Virus record (IMG/VR): IMGVR_UViG_3300045988_179014
Coordinates: 96,001-160,000 of that record
DNA length: 64,000 nt
DNA from: a virus
Direction: 5' to 3' (one strand)
Below are positions 46,559 through 56,369 of the stretch, one piece after another. Position numbers and translations under genes: made by a program. Position 1 is the first letter of the stretch, and the number at the start of each line of letters is the position of its first letter. The notes under the pieces were generated by a model. The model did not search any database. It had not been told where the DNA came from and saw nothing but the letters and a program-made list of their open reading frames with translations.

Positions 46559-47038
46559 TTATTCAATTACTACAATACCCAATCTGCTCAATGCTTCACA
46601 TAATCGTTCAATATGTGTAGAGTAACGCTCAATCAAACGAGCAGGGGGATTATTGGACAAATTGACTTTCATGTCTGCATATTTGACAGAAAGTGCTATT
46701 GTGCTATTTGAACGAATCAACCGGTCAATGTATGCAGAATAAGTTTCTTCGTTCTTCCGACTATCCATTAGCAACACATCAATCAGGTCAGGAAAATCCA
46801 GCCTGATTCTCTCCTCGTATTCTGGATGGTCTTCTATAACATCATGTAACCATGCTGCCGCTTCCACCAATGGCGAGTTTGACAACTTTCTTGCTTCATG
46901 AGCAGTCAAAGCCAGATGAGTCGTATATGGAAATTCTCCCCACTTGTCTTTTGCGTGTGCTTCTGAGGCCAACAAAATAGCCTTTTCAACCATGTCTTTT
47001 GAATCCATATTACCCCCTGTATATTCTTTGCTACACAA
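46559..47038 (-). CDS. HD-domain phosphohydrolase
   Basis: H ... HD (LHDVIEDH) motif. Confidence 0.6.
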   Translation of the reverse strand: MCSKEYTGGNMDSKDMVEKAILLASEAHAKDKWGEFPYTTHLALTAHEARKLSNSPLVEAAAWLHDVIEDHPEYEERIRLDFPDLIDVLLMDSRKNEETYSAYIDRLIRSNSTIALSVKYADMKVNLSNNPPARLIERYSTHIERLCEALSRLGIVVIE

Positions 47039-47108
47039 TAAGACAATTACTTGCTGATTGAAACAGGAATCATTAATTCATAATTCCTGTACATTCTCAA
47101 AACTGCTT

Positions 47109-47651
47109 TCATTGACTTATTTCTTCCATAGCTTGGTACAAAGCGACTTGTAGTCGGTTTTCTCGCTGCGGTTTGAAAACAGTCGGAATTTTAGGGTATG
47201 AAAAACCCACCTCTTCCGGGGTATGGTTACCCTTTCTCCCATTACAGGACAAACAGGCAACACAGAGGTTACCCCAAGTATTTAAACCACCTCGGGATTT
47301 CGGGATAATGTGGTCAATGGTATCACCATATTCATGACAATACTGGCAAGTCCAATTATCTCGAATCAAAATCATGTTTTTGGATACCGTGGTGTCCATA
47401 TTCACTTTTTTAATTCGACCACGAGGGACATAGCGATTTAGCCCGATAACTAGCGGACGGGCCATGGAAAAATGTTGGCTCCGTACCATGGAACCATCTG
47501 CACGGGGAATCAAAACATATGCATCATGGCTCAACACCATTGTGGTAGCTCGCATCCACGAAATAGTGTTCATCACAGTCATGGAGGTATCCACAACTGC
47601 AACACGATTTTCCCCGATTTCTTTTTCCAAGATACTTATATGTTCCATCAT
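47109..47651 (-). CDS. HNH endonuclease
   Basis: CQYCHE ... DHIIP ... GNL..AC..CN.RKGNH. Confidence 0.75.
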   Translation of the reverse strand: MMEHISILEKEIGENRVAVVDTSMTVMNTISWMRATTMVLSHDAYVLIPRADGSMVRSQHFSMARPLVIGLNRYVPRGRIKKVNMDTTVSKNMILIRDNWTCQYCHEYGDTIDHIIPKSRGGLNTWGNLCVACLSCNGRKGNHTPEEVGFSYPKIPTVFKPQRENRLQVALYQAMEEISQ

Positions 47652-47718
47652 GGTCTCTTTCTGACTTGCTTTTCCCTTCTAGCGCGTCGCTTCTGTATCC
47701 TATCCAGTCATACTTATA

Positions 47719-49302
47719 CTACTTCTTTTGTGTTGCTCTCCACATCTCACGACTTGCATCCCGTCGTGAAATGTCTTCACCTTTCAGTCTAGCATCCAAG
47801 AACTGGAAAAGTAAACTCCTGTCCGCATCAAACGTAGCTACTCTCTTCGCAAATTCCCGTTTGACGCTATTGGCATCACTTTGCAAGTCTTTTTCAGGTA
47901 GTTCGTCTATTATCTTTTTAGCTTTAGCAACCGCGTGTGCTCTGGCGAGAACAGTATTCTGGTAGTATTCCAGCCGTTGTTTTGTGGTGTACTCAGCCCA
48001 ACTGCCTTTCTCCACATCGTCTGGGATGGTTGCTTTCAACTCGGGAATACTTAACACATCTCCGCTTTTAGCAATCCCCATCAAATCAGCATATGTAAGT
48101 TTGATGCCTTGAATAGTTTTTCGTGCCGCGTCTTTTGAAAACACAGTACGCATTTTATGCAGTTTCAAATAATCCTCTTGTTTGATTTTTACTTGCATCT
48201 GTTTCTTGGGGTCATCAGAAATAATACGAATCACCATACCTTCACGGTTTTCACGGTCAGGTAATTTCAACGCTTCATTCAATGTTTTTGCAGGTAGTGT
48301 TTCAGCGGTATTCAATCCTTTTGCTTTGCTCCAAATATTTGTATAATCCGATGTTGACTCGTACAAACCAGTATTCTTTTGTACTGCCCCAATCATGGAA
48401 ATGTCCACTTTATTGTATGAAAGCACAATTTGATTCTTGCCAGGACCTACACCTTCGAAAAGAAATGTTGTATCACTATGCTCTTGCAACAAGCGTTCTG
48501 CCGCGTTACGGAATTTTTCTTCCTGTTGCAGCATTTGAGTGAATTGAATAGCTTGTTCAGATTTGAAACTTCCTTTTGTCGCTACTGCTGGATTTCCTTT
48601 CGGGTCACGATACAGAATCAACATCGAACCATCCATTTTGTCTGTGACTTCAGCAGGAGCATCAAAATCCAATTTTGACAAATCAATACTTGGAATTTGT
48701 GGTGCTTCATCTTCATCATCACCCAACATCCAATGCGGCGTCATGTTCCCATCCGACCATCCTGATTCCATTTGACTCAATGTGAAAAACTTGGCCCATG
48801 GTCGTTGAAGGATGTAAGCATCACTGAAATCATCTTGACTACTACGAATCATGAGTCCACGAGCAGTCTTGGTGGCATCATTCCATTTGCCCTCCATTTG
48901 TGCTCGTTTTCCATAGCAAAGAACAATCATGTCGGAGTCATCAGGATGTTGACTGGTAAGAATGTATTCGTGGTCTACCATATCTTTGAGCAGTTCTACA
49001 TCCATGATTTCACTCAATGCAGGCCCCATGTCACTGCGACGATTGGTTCGTAAAGGACGCAACAAGGAACCTTTCATCATGGCTTCATAAGCTTGTCGCG
49101 CTTCACCATGACTGTCAAAATGGTCATCTGGAGCTAAACCAAAAGGACACCCACGAACCCCAGTACTGTGACATACCCCAGTGGCACCTGTTTCTGGATT
49201 GATGTGAATTTTGCCAACCATATGACGACTCCTAAATAACGAAGAAACTTCATGCATATTCTCTAATAATGAAGAACTATTGTTGAATAAATTGTATCCC
49301 AC
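47719..49302 (-). CDS. RNA ligase (Rnl-type) with an N-terminal Cys-motif domain
   Basis: Motif I TDKMDGSM; N-terminal HINPETG..GVCHSTGVRGCPFG. Confidence 0.6.
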   Translation of the reverse strand: MGYNLFNNSSSLLENMHEVSSLFRSRHMVGKIHINPETGATGVCHSTGVRGCPFGLAPDDHFDSHGEARQAYEAMMKGSLLRPLRTNRRSDMGPALSEIMDVELLKDMVDHEYILTSQHPDDSDMIVLCYGKRAQMEGKWNDATKTARGLMIRSSQDDFSDAYILQRPWAKFFTLSQMESGWSDGNMTPHWMLGDDEDEAPQIPSIDLSKLDFDAPAEVTDKMDGSMLILYRDPKGNPAVATKGSFKSEQAIQFTQMLQQEEKFRNAAERLLQEHSDTTFLFEGVGPGKNQIVLSYNKVDISMIGAVQKNTGLYESTSDYTNIWSKAKGLNTAETLPAKTLNEALKLPDRENREGMVIRIISDDPKKQMQVKIKQEDYLKLHKMRTVFSKDAARKTIQGIKLTYADLMGIAKSGDVLSIPELKATIPDDVEKGSWAEYTTKQRLEYYQNTVLARAHAVAKAKKIIDELPEKDLQSDANSVKREFAKRVATFDADRSLLFQFLDARLKGEDISRRDASREMWRATQKK

Positions 49303-49377
49303 TCATTCTGCAACTTGACACGGTCCAATAGACTCAGAATTGAATAGACAACATAAAACACTTCAGATAGAATAGGT

Positions 49378-50013
49378 TTGAATGATGATGCCATCTACCC
49401 AACATGGAGTGTTATGAGTTCATATTGTCATATGTTCCCGTTAGACGACATTTGGAAACAATGTCTGGCTAATCCAGTGTACTCAGAAACACAGCAGTGG
49501 CCAGATACCATGAAATCATTGATGGATGACCCAATTGACCGTCATATCATCAATGAACTTATGAGACAGTATCAGAAACAAGGCAAATTCCGTTATCCAA
49601 TTGTTTTAGCGCGGGACAATAATGAGCCTTACATGGTGGTTGATGGTACACATCGTGTAATAGCAGCAAAACTATTGGGATTGGAAACAATATGGGTGTC
49701 ATACGGTTTTGTTGAAACTGACAACAACACGTCTTTGGTTACCACTATTTGTTTTTCAGAAGACCAGTGGACCCAAAACCTGTTCGATGACTCCATAACA
49801 GATGTATTTCGCTCTGTTCCAGGTAATGATGAAATATGGTTTACAAGCTCAATGATGAATCCAGGAAACCCCTTCGCCATTTACTGGGATGCTGAAGAGG
49901 GCGAAACAAAAGACATACCTTTATTGCATAACTCTTTGCAGCAATTGATAACAAGATACATCAAACCAAACGTTACATATACGCTTCACACCACAGAAGA
50001 GCCTATTGATTGA
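49378..50013 (+). CDS. ParB-like nuclease domain protein
   Basis: ParB/Srx motif VVDGTHRVIAAKLLGLE; plus-strand gene. Confidence 0.5.
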   Translation: MNDDAIYPTWSVMSSYCHMFPLDDIWKQCLANPVYSETQQWPDTMKSLMDDPIDRHIINELMRQYQKQGKFRYPIVLARDNNEPYMVVDGTHRVIAAKLLGLETIWVSYGFVETDNNTSLVTTICFSEDQWTQNLFDDSITDVFRSVPGNDEIWFTSSMMNPGNPFAIYWDAEEGETKDIPLLHNSLQQLITRYIKPNVTYTLHTTEEPID

Positions 50014-50187
50014 ATGGATACAGTATTCTAACAATTGTTTTATTCGGTTATAAACAAATACTCATTCTACATGATTTTATTTTCAAATGAGCCATAATCT
50101 AAATCGTATGTGTGAAGACACTCTGTTGGCATTTATGTTTTTGAGCTAATAAATAACGATTGGTGGATAAAATTCAATTGGAAAATG

Positions 50188-50232
50188 AATGAGGCCAGTG
50201 ATTATTCTACTGGCCTCATTCGTGGTTTATTT
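50188..50232. terminator. bidirectional rho-independent terminator between convergent genes
   Basis: 12-bp perfect stem aatgaggccagt/actggcctcatt with a T-rich tail. Confidence 0.6.
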
Positions 50233-50245
50233 CAAAATATAAACA

Positions 50246-50926
50246 TCAATTGCGGAGAATGCCCAGAATATTGAGCAAATTGACAAAAATGTTGTAAATG
50301 TTCAGGAAAAGATTCAATGCATAGAATGACGCTGGGATGTTATCATGAGGATTACGGTCACGCAACATTTGGATATCTATGAAAGTGTAAATAGCCATTA
50401 TCACCACAACAGCCATGGAAATAAGCAATGATATCAGTGTCAACTTGAAGAAGAGAACATTCAAAATACTGAGAACAATAATGCCAAGTAGAATGAAGAA
50501 CAGTTTTGGCATCCATCTGTTGAGGTTGACTTGACTTACCCAACCTAGTACAGCCATTCCGCCGAAAATAACCACTGTACCCATAGCAGCCATGGACACT
50601 ATGTTACCCATACCAGAGCTGAGATAGTAGTTCAGTGTAGGGTACAGTATTATTCCCAACAGAGCTGGTATAGCAATGGCGAAAACATTAGAAAACGTGG
50701 GATTCAATGTTCTGCGTGAAAAACTGGCCACAATCAATGCGATAAGAACTACAACATACAACGGCAACATTAAAGCAGGTGGCACCAATGGACCGATGAA
50801 GAGACTTCCAAACGCAGCAGCACTCATAGCAGCTGTAACCCAAACCATTACTTTCTGATAAAAGACACTATTATTGTTTACAGCAGGCTCTCCATAATTT
50901 AAATTACTATAGGAATATGTCATCAC
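50246..50926 (-). CDS. Bax-inhibitor-1/YccA (TMBIM) family membrane protein
   Basis: Seven hydrophobic helices; family-like C-terminus ..FYALNLFLNIYNIFVNLLNILGIL. Confidence 0.55.
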   Translation of the reverse strand: MMTYSYSNLNYGEPAVNNNSVFYQKVMVWVTAAMSAAAFGSLFIGPLVPPALMLPLYVVVLIALIVASFSRRTLNPTFSNVFAIAIPALLGIILYPTLNYYLSSGMGNIVSMAAMGTVVIFGGMAVLGWVSQVNLNRWMPKLFFILLGIIVLSILNVLFFKLTLISLLISMAVVVIMAIYTFIDIQMLRDRNPHDNIPASFYALNLFLNIYNIFVNLLNILGILRN

Positions 50927-51065
50927 ATCTCCTTGTTAACTGTGTAGAGTGAAATATCATGTACATATGTGATTGGCGATTAAACAGAGCAACAAATGAT
51001 GCAACCAATCATACATATACTCTCTATTACTCATACAGTATCATGTAAAATACTACACGTGTTTG

Positions 51066-51707
51066 TCATCCGATTGAACGCATTGTGGGTATTGTGACCA
51101 TATCAGCAATTTCAAGCATGTCTATTGTGGTCATTACTCGCCCTACAATCAATGGCCAACGTTTACGGTCAGCTTTGATACCATGAAGTGATAGGATTTG
51201 TTGAGCAAACTGTCGTGCATCATAGCCTCGCACATGTTTCTCGTTTCCAATTGCTTCCCCAGTTGAGTAATCCACATAGGTTGTTTTTGTTTCAATAATG
51301 GGACCCAAGGATTGTGCTATACGCTCTAATACAGCAATACCACGACTGTTTTCTTCCAGTTCACACACCATTACCATATCCATGAGTGTGGTTTCAGCAG
51401 GGTCCTCCAACATGGCCACATTACGCAATTCAGCCAAAATTTCTGGAGTAAGCTGTCGCAACAGTCTTTTCCCTTCTCGGCGACGTTCAGCATGATAGCT
51501 ACGGTCAAATGATGATTCCACATACCACAGATGGTTTCCTGATACACGTGCTGTCACTGTTTTTTCAGGACAGTTGTCATCCACTAATTCCAGTTCATAC
51601 ATGGAATCAGGAATATGCTCCTCAAATGGTTGCGCTTTTACTGGTTGGCCATTCAATCCTCGAATAATGTCTCCAGGTTCCAAATCACCAATACGTTTAA
51701 GTGCCAT
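51066..51707 (-). CDS. hypothetical protein
   Basis: ORF 51066..51797 trimmed to MALKRIGDLEP to limit overlap with the upstream gene. Confidence 0.4.
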   Translation of the reverse strand: MALKRIGDLEPGDIIRGLNGQPVKAQPFEEHIPDSMYELELVDDNCPEKTVTARVSGNHLWYVESSFDRSYHAERRREGKRLLRQLTPEILAELRNVAMLEDPAETTLMDMVMVCELEENSRGIAVLERIAQSLGPIIETKTTYVDYSTGEAIGNEKHVRGYDARQFAQQILSLHGIKADRKRWPLIVGRVMTTIDMLEIADMVTIPTMRSIG

Positions 51708-52752
51708 TGTTGTGCCTTTCTTTGGTTCCGTCATCCAATGTATCCAAAAACTTGGCATATGCTTCATCTTCTCGACGCCATTGTTCTTCACGCTCAATAT
51801 AGTATTGTGAAGGGGTGAACTCCAGCGGATGAAGAATCACCAACCTGTCTTGATTTCGAAAGTATGCCACCCCAATAATTGTTTGCAAAATACTGTAATG
51901 ACCATCTCTCATAGTTGAATGAGCAACATTTCGACAATGGTCACTGTTTGATTCACCAAGATACACCGCCCAATGCAATTCCTTTTCCAACTCTTTCGGA
52001 AAAGTTGATGCATGTGCCACAACAGGAACCATATATATACGTTCATTGGATGAATTCTGCAATAAGCTTTTGAAAGCTGTTCTGGCAGTCGTATCATTAC
52101 GTAAAATACGCAAATCATCAGTGTTGAGAGGCAACAGAACAAACAACAGTTTACGACTTGATGCTTCAATCAAACCCAGTTTCCTTGTTTTTGTTTTGAT
52201 TTCTTCCCTCAGTTTCAGCAAATCACCTAACAAACTGAATAAACTGGCTTTGTATGGATGGTATTGGAAAGATGGGTATTCTGTTTCCAATTCTTCTCCC
52301 AAATCGGATATACAATCATGCAAATCAAATAAAGCAATTTCAGCTGATGCGGAGAAACGTCGGGATTGATGAGCCATGTTTCGTATGAACAGTTCTTTTT
52401 CGTGTTGGTTGTCTCCGTAAAACAGTGCCAAATTATTGTAGAAGAAGGAACTCCAACTTACTTTGACACGGTATGTACGATACAGTCGAAATGATACCTG
52501 TTGCTTAAAAACCCGATTTCTGTTGTCAATGTCAGAACTGAGTTGTAACCTATTCCAAGGCAGAAACTTCATTCCAGTCCTTCCAATACAAAAATCCCCA
52601 ATACCACAAATATCAGGTAGTATCAGGGATTTTTGAGGATAACAATGAGGTTCAAATATTGAGTGAACCAGCCAGTGTAACGGACAGCCGGTCATGAAAG
52701 TTTTCGTCGGAATAATCCAAAGACAGGATTTCAATGCCATCCTGGAAAACAT
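51697..52752 (-). CDS. hypothetical protein
   Basis: 351-aa ORF; the start may be internal because it overlaps 52652..52909. Confidence 0.4.
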   Translation of the reverse strand: MFSRMALKSCLWIIPTKTFMTGCPLHWLVHSIFEPHCYPQKSLILPDICGIGDFCIGRTGMKFLPWNRLQLSSDIDNRNRVFKQQVSFRLYRTYRVKVSWSSFFYNNLALFYGDNQHEKELFIRNMAHQSRRFSASAEIALFDLHDCISDLGEELETEYPSFQYHPYKASLFSLLGDLLKLREEIKTKTRKLGLIEASSRKLLFVLLPLNTDDLRILRNDTTARTAFKSLLQNSSNERIYMVPVVAHASTFPKELEKELHWAVYLGESNSDHCRNVAHSTMRDGHYSILQTIIGVAYFRNQDRLVILHPLEFTPSQYYIEREEQWRREDEAYAKFLDTLDDGTKERHNNGT

Positions 52753-52909
52753 TCAAACCAGTAGCATCCCCAGTGTCATCGTATATTGTTTCCAACATGA
52801 TTTGGGTACTATCATGTATGGAAGCCATAGTAATTTCATCAATAGGAACGGCCCAACCGTTTTCTACATAACGTTCAACAATACTTTCAGCCAAATTAGA
52901 ATCTACCAT
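52652..52909 (-). CDS. small hypothetical protein
   Basis: 85-aa acidic ORF. Confidence 0.3.
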   Translation of the reverse strand: MVDSNLAESIVERYVENGWAVPIDEITMASIHDSTQIMLETIYDDTGDATGLNVFQDGIEILSLDYSDENFHDRLSVTLAGSLNI

Positions 52910-52927
52910 ATTTGTCCCATCTCAATT

Positions 52928-54220
52928 TTACGGAGTTTCCACTACACGAATAGAAACCCTTCTTGCATTGAAAATTTTACCAAATCTATTTTCTGATAAC
53001 ATTTCCCGCGCTAATTTTTTACTGGGAACAAATGTTTTTCTGGTAATCTTTTTCAAAACATCAGGAGGAAGAACTTTTGCTGCTTTTTTACGGTCAATAG
53101 TTTCACGTCCACTAATCAGAAGAGCATTTTTACGTGAACGACCTGGAATAACAGTGTTGACATGTTGACCTGACACGACAGCGGCAATTTTGACCTTGTT
53201 GGCCATATCATCCCGACGTTCTTTGACAGATTTGTAACTACCCCCAAAAGATTCACGAGCGGAGCCATAAAAATCAGCCAATGCTTGAGTCCCATCCTGT
53301 AAACGCTCTTCAGCTGATTGGCCCATAAAACGAGTACGTGGTTCAAATGTTTGCTGTTTGATGTTACGTGGATTACCAGCAACATAATCCAGTACTTGAG
53401 TGTTTGAGATAACTTGACGTAACTGCTCATCACTTAAATGTTCACGAGCCAAATCAATGTCAATAATTTCCCTTGAAGTTGAAATAAGTTCGCGTTGTGC
53501 TGGACTCAAGTTTGCAAGGGCATGCTCATTCAAACCATCATCACTGACTGTCACCACAAATGTACCCGCATCCGTTTTGACAGTATGTTTGAAGGATTCC
53601 CCAGGTTTTAGTTGTAGACCCAAAGCTTCACGTTTTAAGGCATTTTGTAATTTGGTGCGACCATCTTCCACTGTTTTCACCGCCACATCTTTAGCAAGAA
53701 CATCTTCAGTGTAGAATTTGTCTCCATCCCGAGTCATAATCACCGACGTTGGCACCATACGTGCTTTGGAAGCCTTCTCCGCCAAATGCATGTTTCCACG
53801 TTCAGCAGCTTTAGCAATCACATTTGAAATTACTTCTTTAGCACGGTTAGGGTCCCCATGGTCAGGTTCCACCAACAAATCACCAACCTGTTTTGCGCGA
53901 TACTCCACAATATTGGCTGACATGTTCAAAATCTGTTCACTCAAAGCTGCTTCTCGATTGGGCATCACAACATCACCTATACGAGAAGTAGCAGCATCAA
54001 CTGGGCGTGCTTTGAATTTAGGGGCCTTCTTACGGGAAGGAAGCACCCCACCATGTTTTTGTGCCATGATAGCTTCCCCAGCAGCTTGAGCCTCAGCCAG
54101 AGTCGCATAATGGTTTTCCTGACCATTCAGTCCACCATATGGGCAACCCTTCTTCTGAGCAGAGCATTCACCTGACTCCCCTGTTTCCGTATTGACATGA
54201 TATCGGCGATAACCTTTCAT
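52928..54220 (-). CDS. hypothetical protein with N-terminal Cys motif shared with the Rnl-type ligase
   Basis: N-terminal YHVNTETGESGECSAQKKGCPYGG, against HINPETGATGVCHSTGVRGCPFG in ORF 47719..49302. Confidence 0.5.
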   Translation of the reverse strand: MKGYRRYHVNTETGESGECSAQKKGCPYGGLNGQENHYATLAEAQAAGEAIMAQKHGGVLPSRKKAPKFKARPVDAATSRIGDVVMPNREAALSEQILNMSANIVEYRAKQVGDLLVEPDHGDPNRAKEVISNVIAKAAERGNMHLAEKASKARMVPTSVIMTRDGDKFYTEDVLAKDVAVKTVEDGRTKLQNALKREALGLQLKPGESFKHTVKTDAGTFVVTVSDDGLNEHALANLSPAQRELISTSREIIDIDLAREHLSDEQLRQVISNTQVLDYVAGNPRNIKQQTFEPRTRFMGQSAEERLQDGTQALADFYGSARESFGGSYKSVKERRDDMANKVKIAAVVSGQHVNTVIPGRSRKNALLISGRETIDRKKAAKVLPPDVLKKITRKTFVPSKKLAREMLSENRFGKIFNARRVSIRVVETP

Positions 54221-54370
54221 AACCTCTCCTCAAACCACCAAACAAACCAATAACAACTTATCTAATACAGATTTCGTTCATACATGTTTGCACAATCACC
54301 CAGTTGTATTCTCATTCAACAATTGTTTACAACACAATCTGCACGAAAACAAAACTCAACGTGTGAAACA

Positions 54371-56056
54371 TCAATCAAAAGTTTTCACCCAGCGCACCTT
54401 ACCAGAATCCCAAACTTTGCCTAAACCATTCAATTTAGCCAATTCGTTCTCAGTGGCGCTGGAATCAAACAACAAATCAGGGTCACGTTCAAACCGAAAA
54501 CCGTTCTGCTCATACAAAAATCCATCACTGACTTCACAATCCGAAAAAGTCACCAGCCTACGAGGATTACAAACAATCTCGAAATGCTTCAACAATTTAC
54601 TGAACCCACCAGGAACAGACACAGAAGTAGCATAACGAACAATGAAATAACAATCCTGCTGCTTCATCACTGAAAACACTGCCACCAGTAGATTGGTTCT
54701 CTTGTCCCACAAACCAAAATGCTTCGACGCTCCAACAAAGCCTTGAATATGATTTGTATTCAGGAACTCCCGTGCAACGGAAACCGAAACGTCCCCTATT
54801 CGAGTTTGTCGTGCCCCCACCCCTTTCGGAGACACCTTCAATCTGTGTGCAATCATTCGTTGTAGAATTGACCGTTTGTAATACCAGTCATCTTCCCAGA
54901 TTTGAAACAATGACACACCTTGAGCACGACAGGAAACATACTTGTCACGATGATAGTTACGATTTTTGCCAAATTGTTCACTGTGCCAATACAACCCATT
55001 CACTTCAATAGCAAAATGTAACTCTGGAAAGAAGAAATCCACTTCATATGGTCCAATGAGACTACGCACTCGTTCCTCTACAGGCCCAGAATAAACCGAA
55101 CGAACAAAGGCCCCCACTGATTGCTCCAACCTTGATGTCCCTTTATCGCGATTGGCAGGTAGTAAAGGCATCATCCACCGTTCCAACCAGCGTATTGTAA
55201 ACTTGGAGTCAGAGTCATCAAGACAATTGTTCAACTCATCCACCAAATCATGATAAGTCAATGTTCTATTGGCATGAAAATATGCAGCCAGTGAGTCCAA
55301 GTCTTTGTAAGGTGTTTTCAATAATCGTGCTAAACTTGTTTCTTTGGCTTTACGTGATGAACGTCCACGATTTTTGACCACGTTGTCTGCACTTTTCTTC
55401 AACTCCAGCTTGTTGACAATTTTACTCCATGTACGTTCCCCAATAGAATGTCCTGTTTCTGTCTTAATCAGTTGCAGTAACTCGGTAGCTGTCAAATTGT
55501 CATCATTGTACAATTCATGTAAACGTTTTTGAGTGAAACCATGTGCAGCCAACTCTTGTATCTGGTTTTCCAAAGTTGTTTGTTTACGAACTTTGATGTT
55601 ACGTTCCTGTAAAATTCTGGAAAGTACTGAAGGAGAAATTCCATATTCTCGATACATGGATTCCAAAGACTTTCCAGTTTGGTATTCTGCCACTGCTTCA
55701 TCAGCTGTGATTCCCACCCCATATTTGGCGTCAGTTGCGTATTTTCTGCGTTGTGATTCATTAATTTTTGCCATACGCAACATATTGGTTTCTTCTATGG
55801 AACGATTCTTCAACCCTGCATATGTCCACAAAGAAGCAAGAGACGATTTGGATATCACCGTTTCCCCAGCTTTTTGATTGATGGCTGCGATGATGTCGTT
55901 TTTACTCATACCATCATCATATTTGGTTTGGATTGTTTCAACATCCCAACCCAATGATGCCAAAACTGTGATACGACGTTCTATCCTCTCTACATTGGTT
56001 GATTTTTTGTTTGGTGTATTGTGTCTTGAATGTTGTGAAATAGTAGAATCTGTCAT
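54371..56056 (-). CDS. modular nuclease paralog with N-terminal helix-turn-helix-like repeats instead of zinc ribbons
   Basis: C-terminal PYEVDFFFPELHFAIEVNGLYWH plus the QIWEDDW ... VWDSGKVRW domain shared with 21891..23792 and 6324..8464. Confidence 0.6.
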   Translation of the reverse strand: MTDSTISQHSRHNTPNKKSTNVERIERRITVLASLGWDVETIQTKYDDGMSKNDIIAAINQKAGETVISKSSLASLWTYAGLKNRSIEETNMLRMAKINESQRRKYATDAKYGVGITADEAVAEYQTGKSLESMYREYGISPSVLSRILQERNIKVRKQTTLENQIQELAAHGFTQKRLHELYNDDNLTATELLQLIKTETGHSIGERTWSKIVNKLELKKSADNVVKNRGRSSRKAKETSLARLLKTPYKDLDSLAAYFHANRTLTYHDLVDELNNCLDDSDSKFTIRWLERWMMPLLPANRDKGTSRLEQSVGAFVRSVYSGPVEERVRSLIGPYEVDFFFPELHFAIEVNGLYWHSEQFGKNRNYHRDKYVSCRAQGVSLFQIWEDDWYYKRSILQRMIAHRLKVSPKGVGARQTRIGDVSVSVAREFLNTNHIQGFVGASKHFGLWDKRTNLLVAVFSVMKQQDCYFIVRYATSVSVPGGFSKLLKHFEIVCNPRRLVTFSDCEVSDGFLYEQNGFRFERDPDLLFDSSATENELAKLNGLGKVWDSGKVRWVKTFD

Positions 56057-56369
56057 GAGCGTTTTGAGATGTTGTAAACAGTTGAGAAGTAGTGTTGTAT
56101 GTAAAATAGTTTTTGCAATGGAATATGCGCTTTTATTGAATGATTCGTAGAAGATTGAACTGTTCTACGATGTTTCCAAAGTGTCAAAATTCAAGCTACT
56201 TCTGATGATTCAAATGAGTCGAAGTTGATTAGCGCCGCTGGGTTGGATATATTTTCAACCATCAATTGTTACCCTGTCAATAAGTCCTATGGTGTTTATG
56301 GGAGGAAGTCCTAATTATCCTCCTCACCTATTTTACACATAGTGCAGTAAACTCAAAAACAGAGACAAA

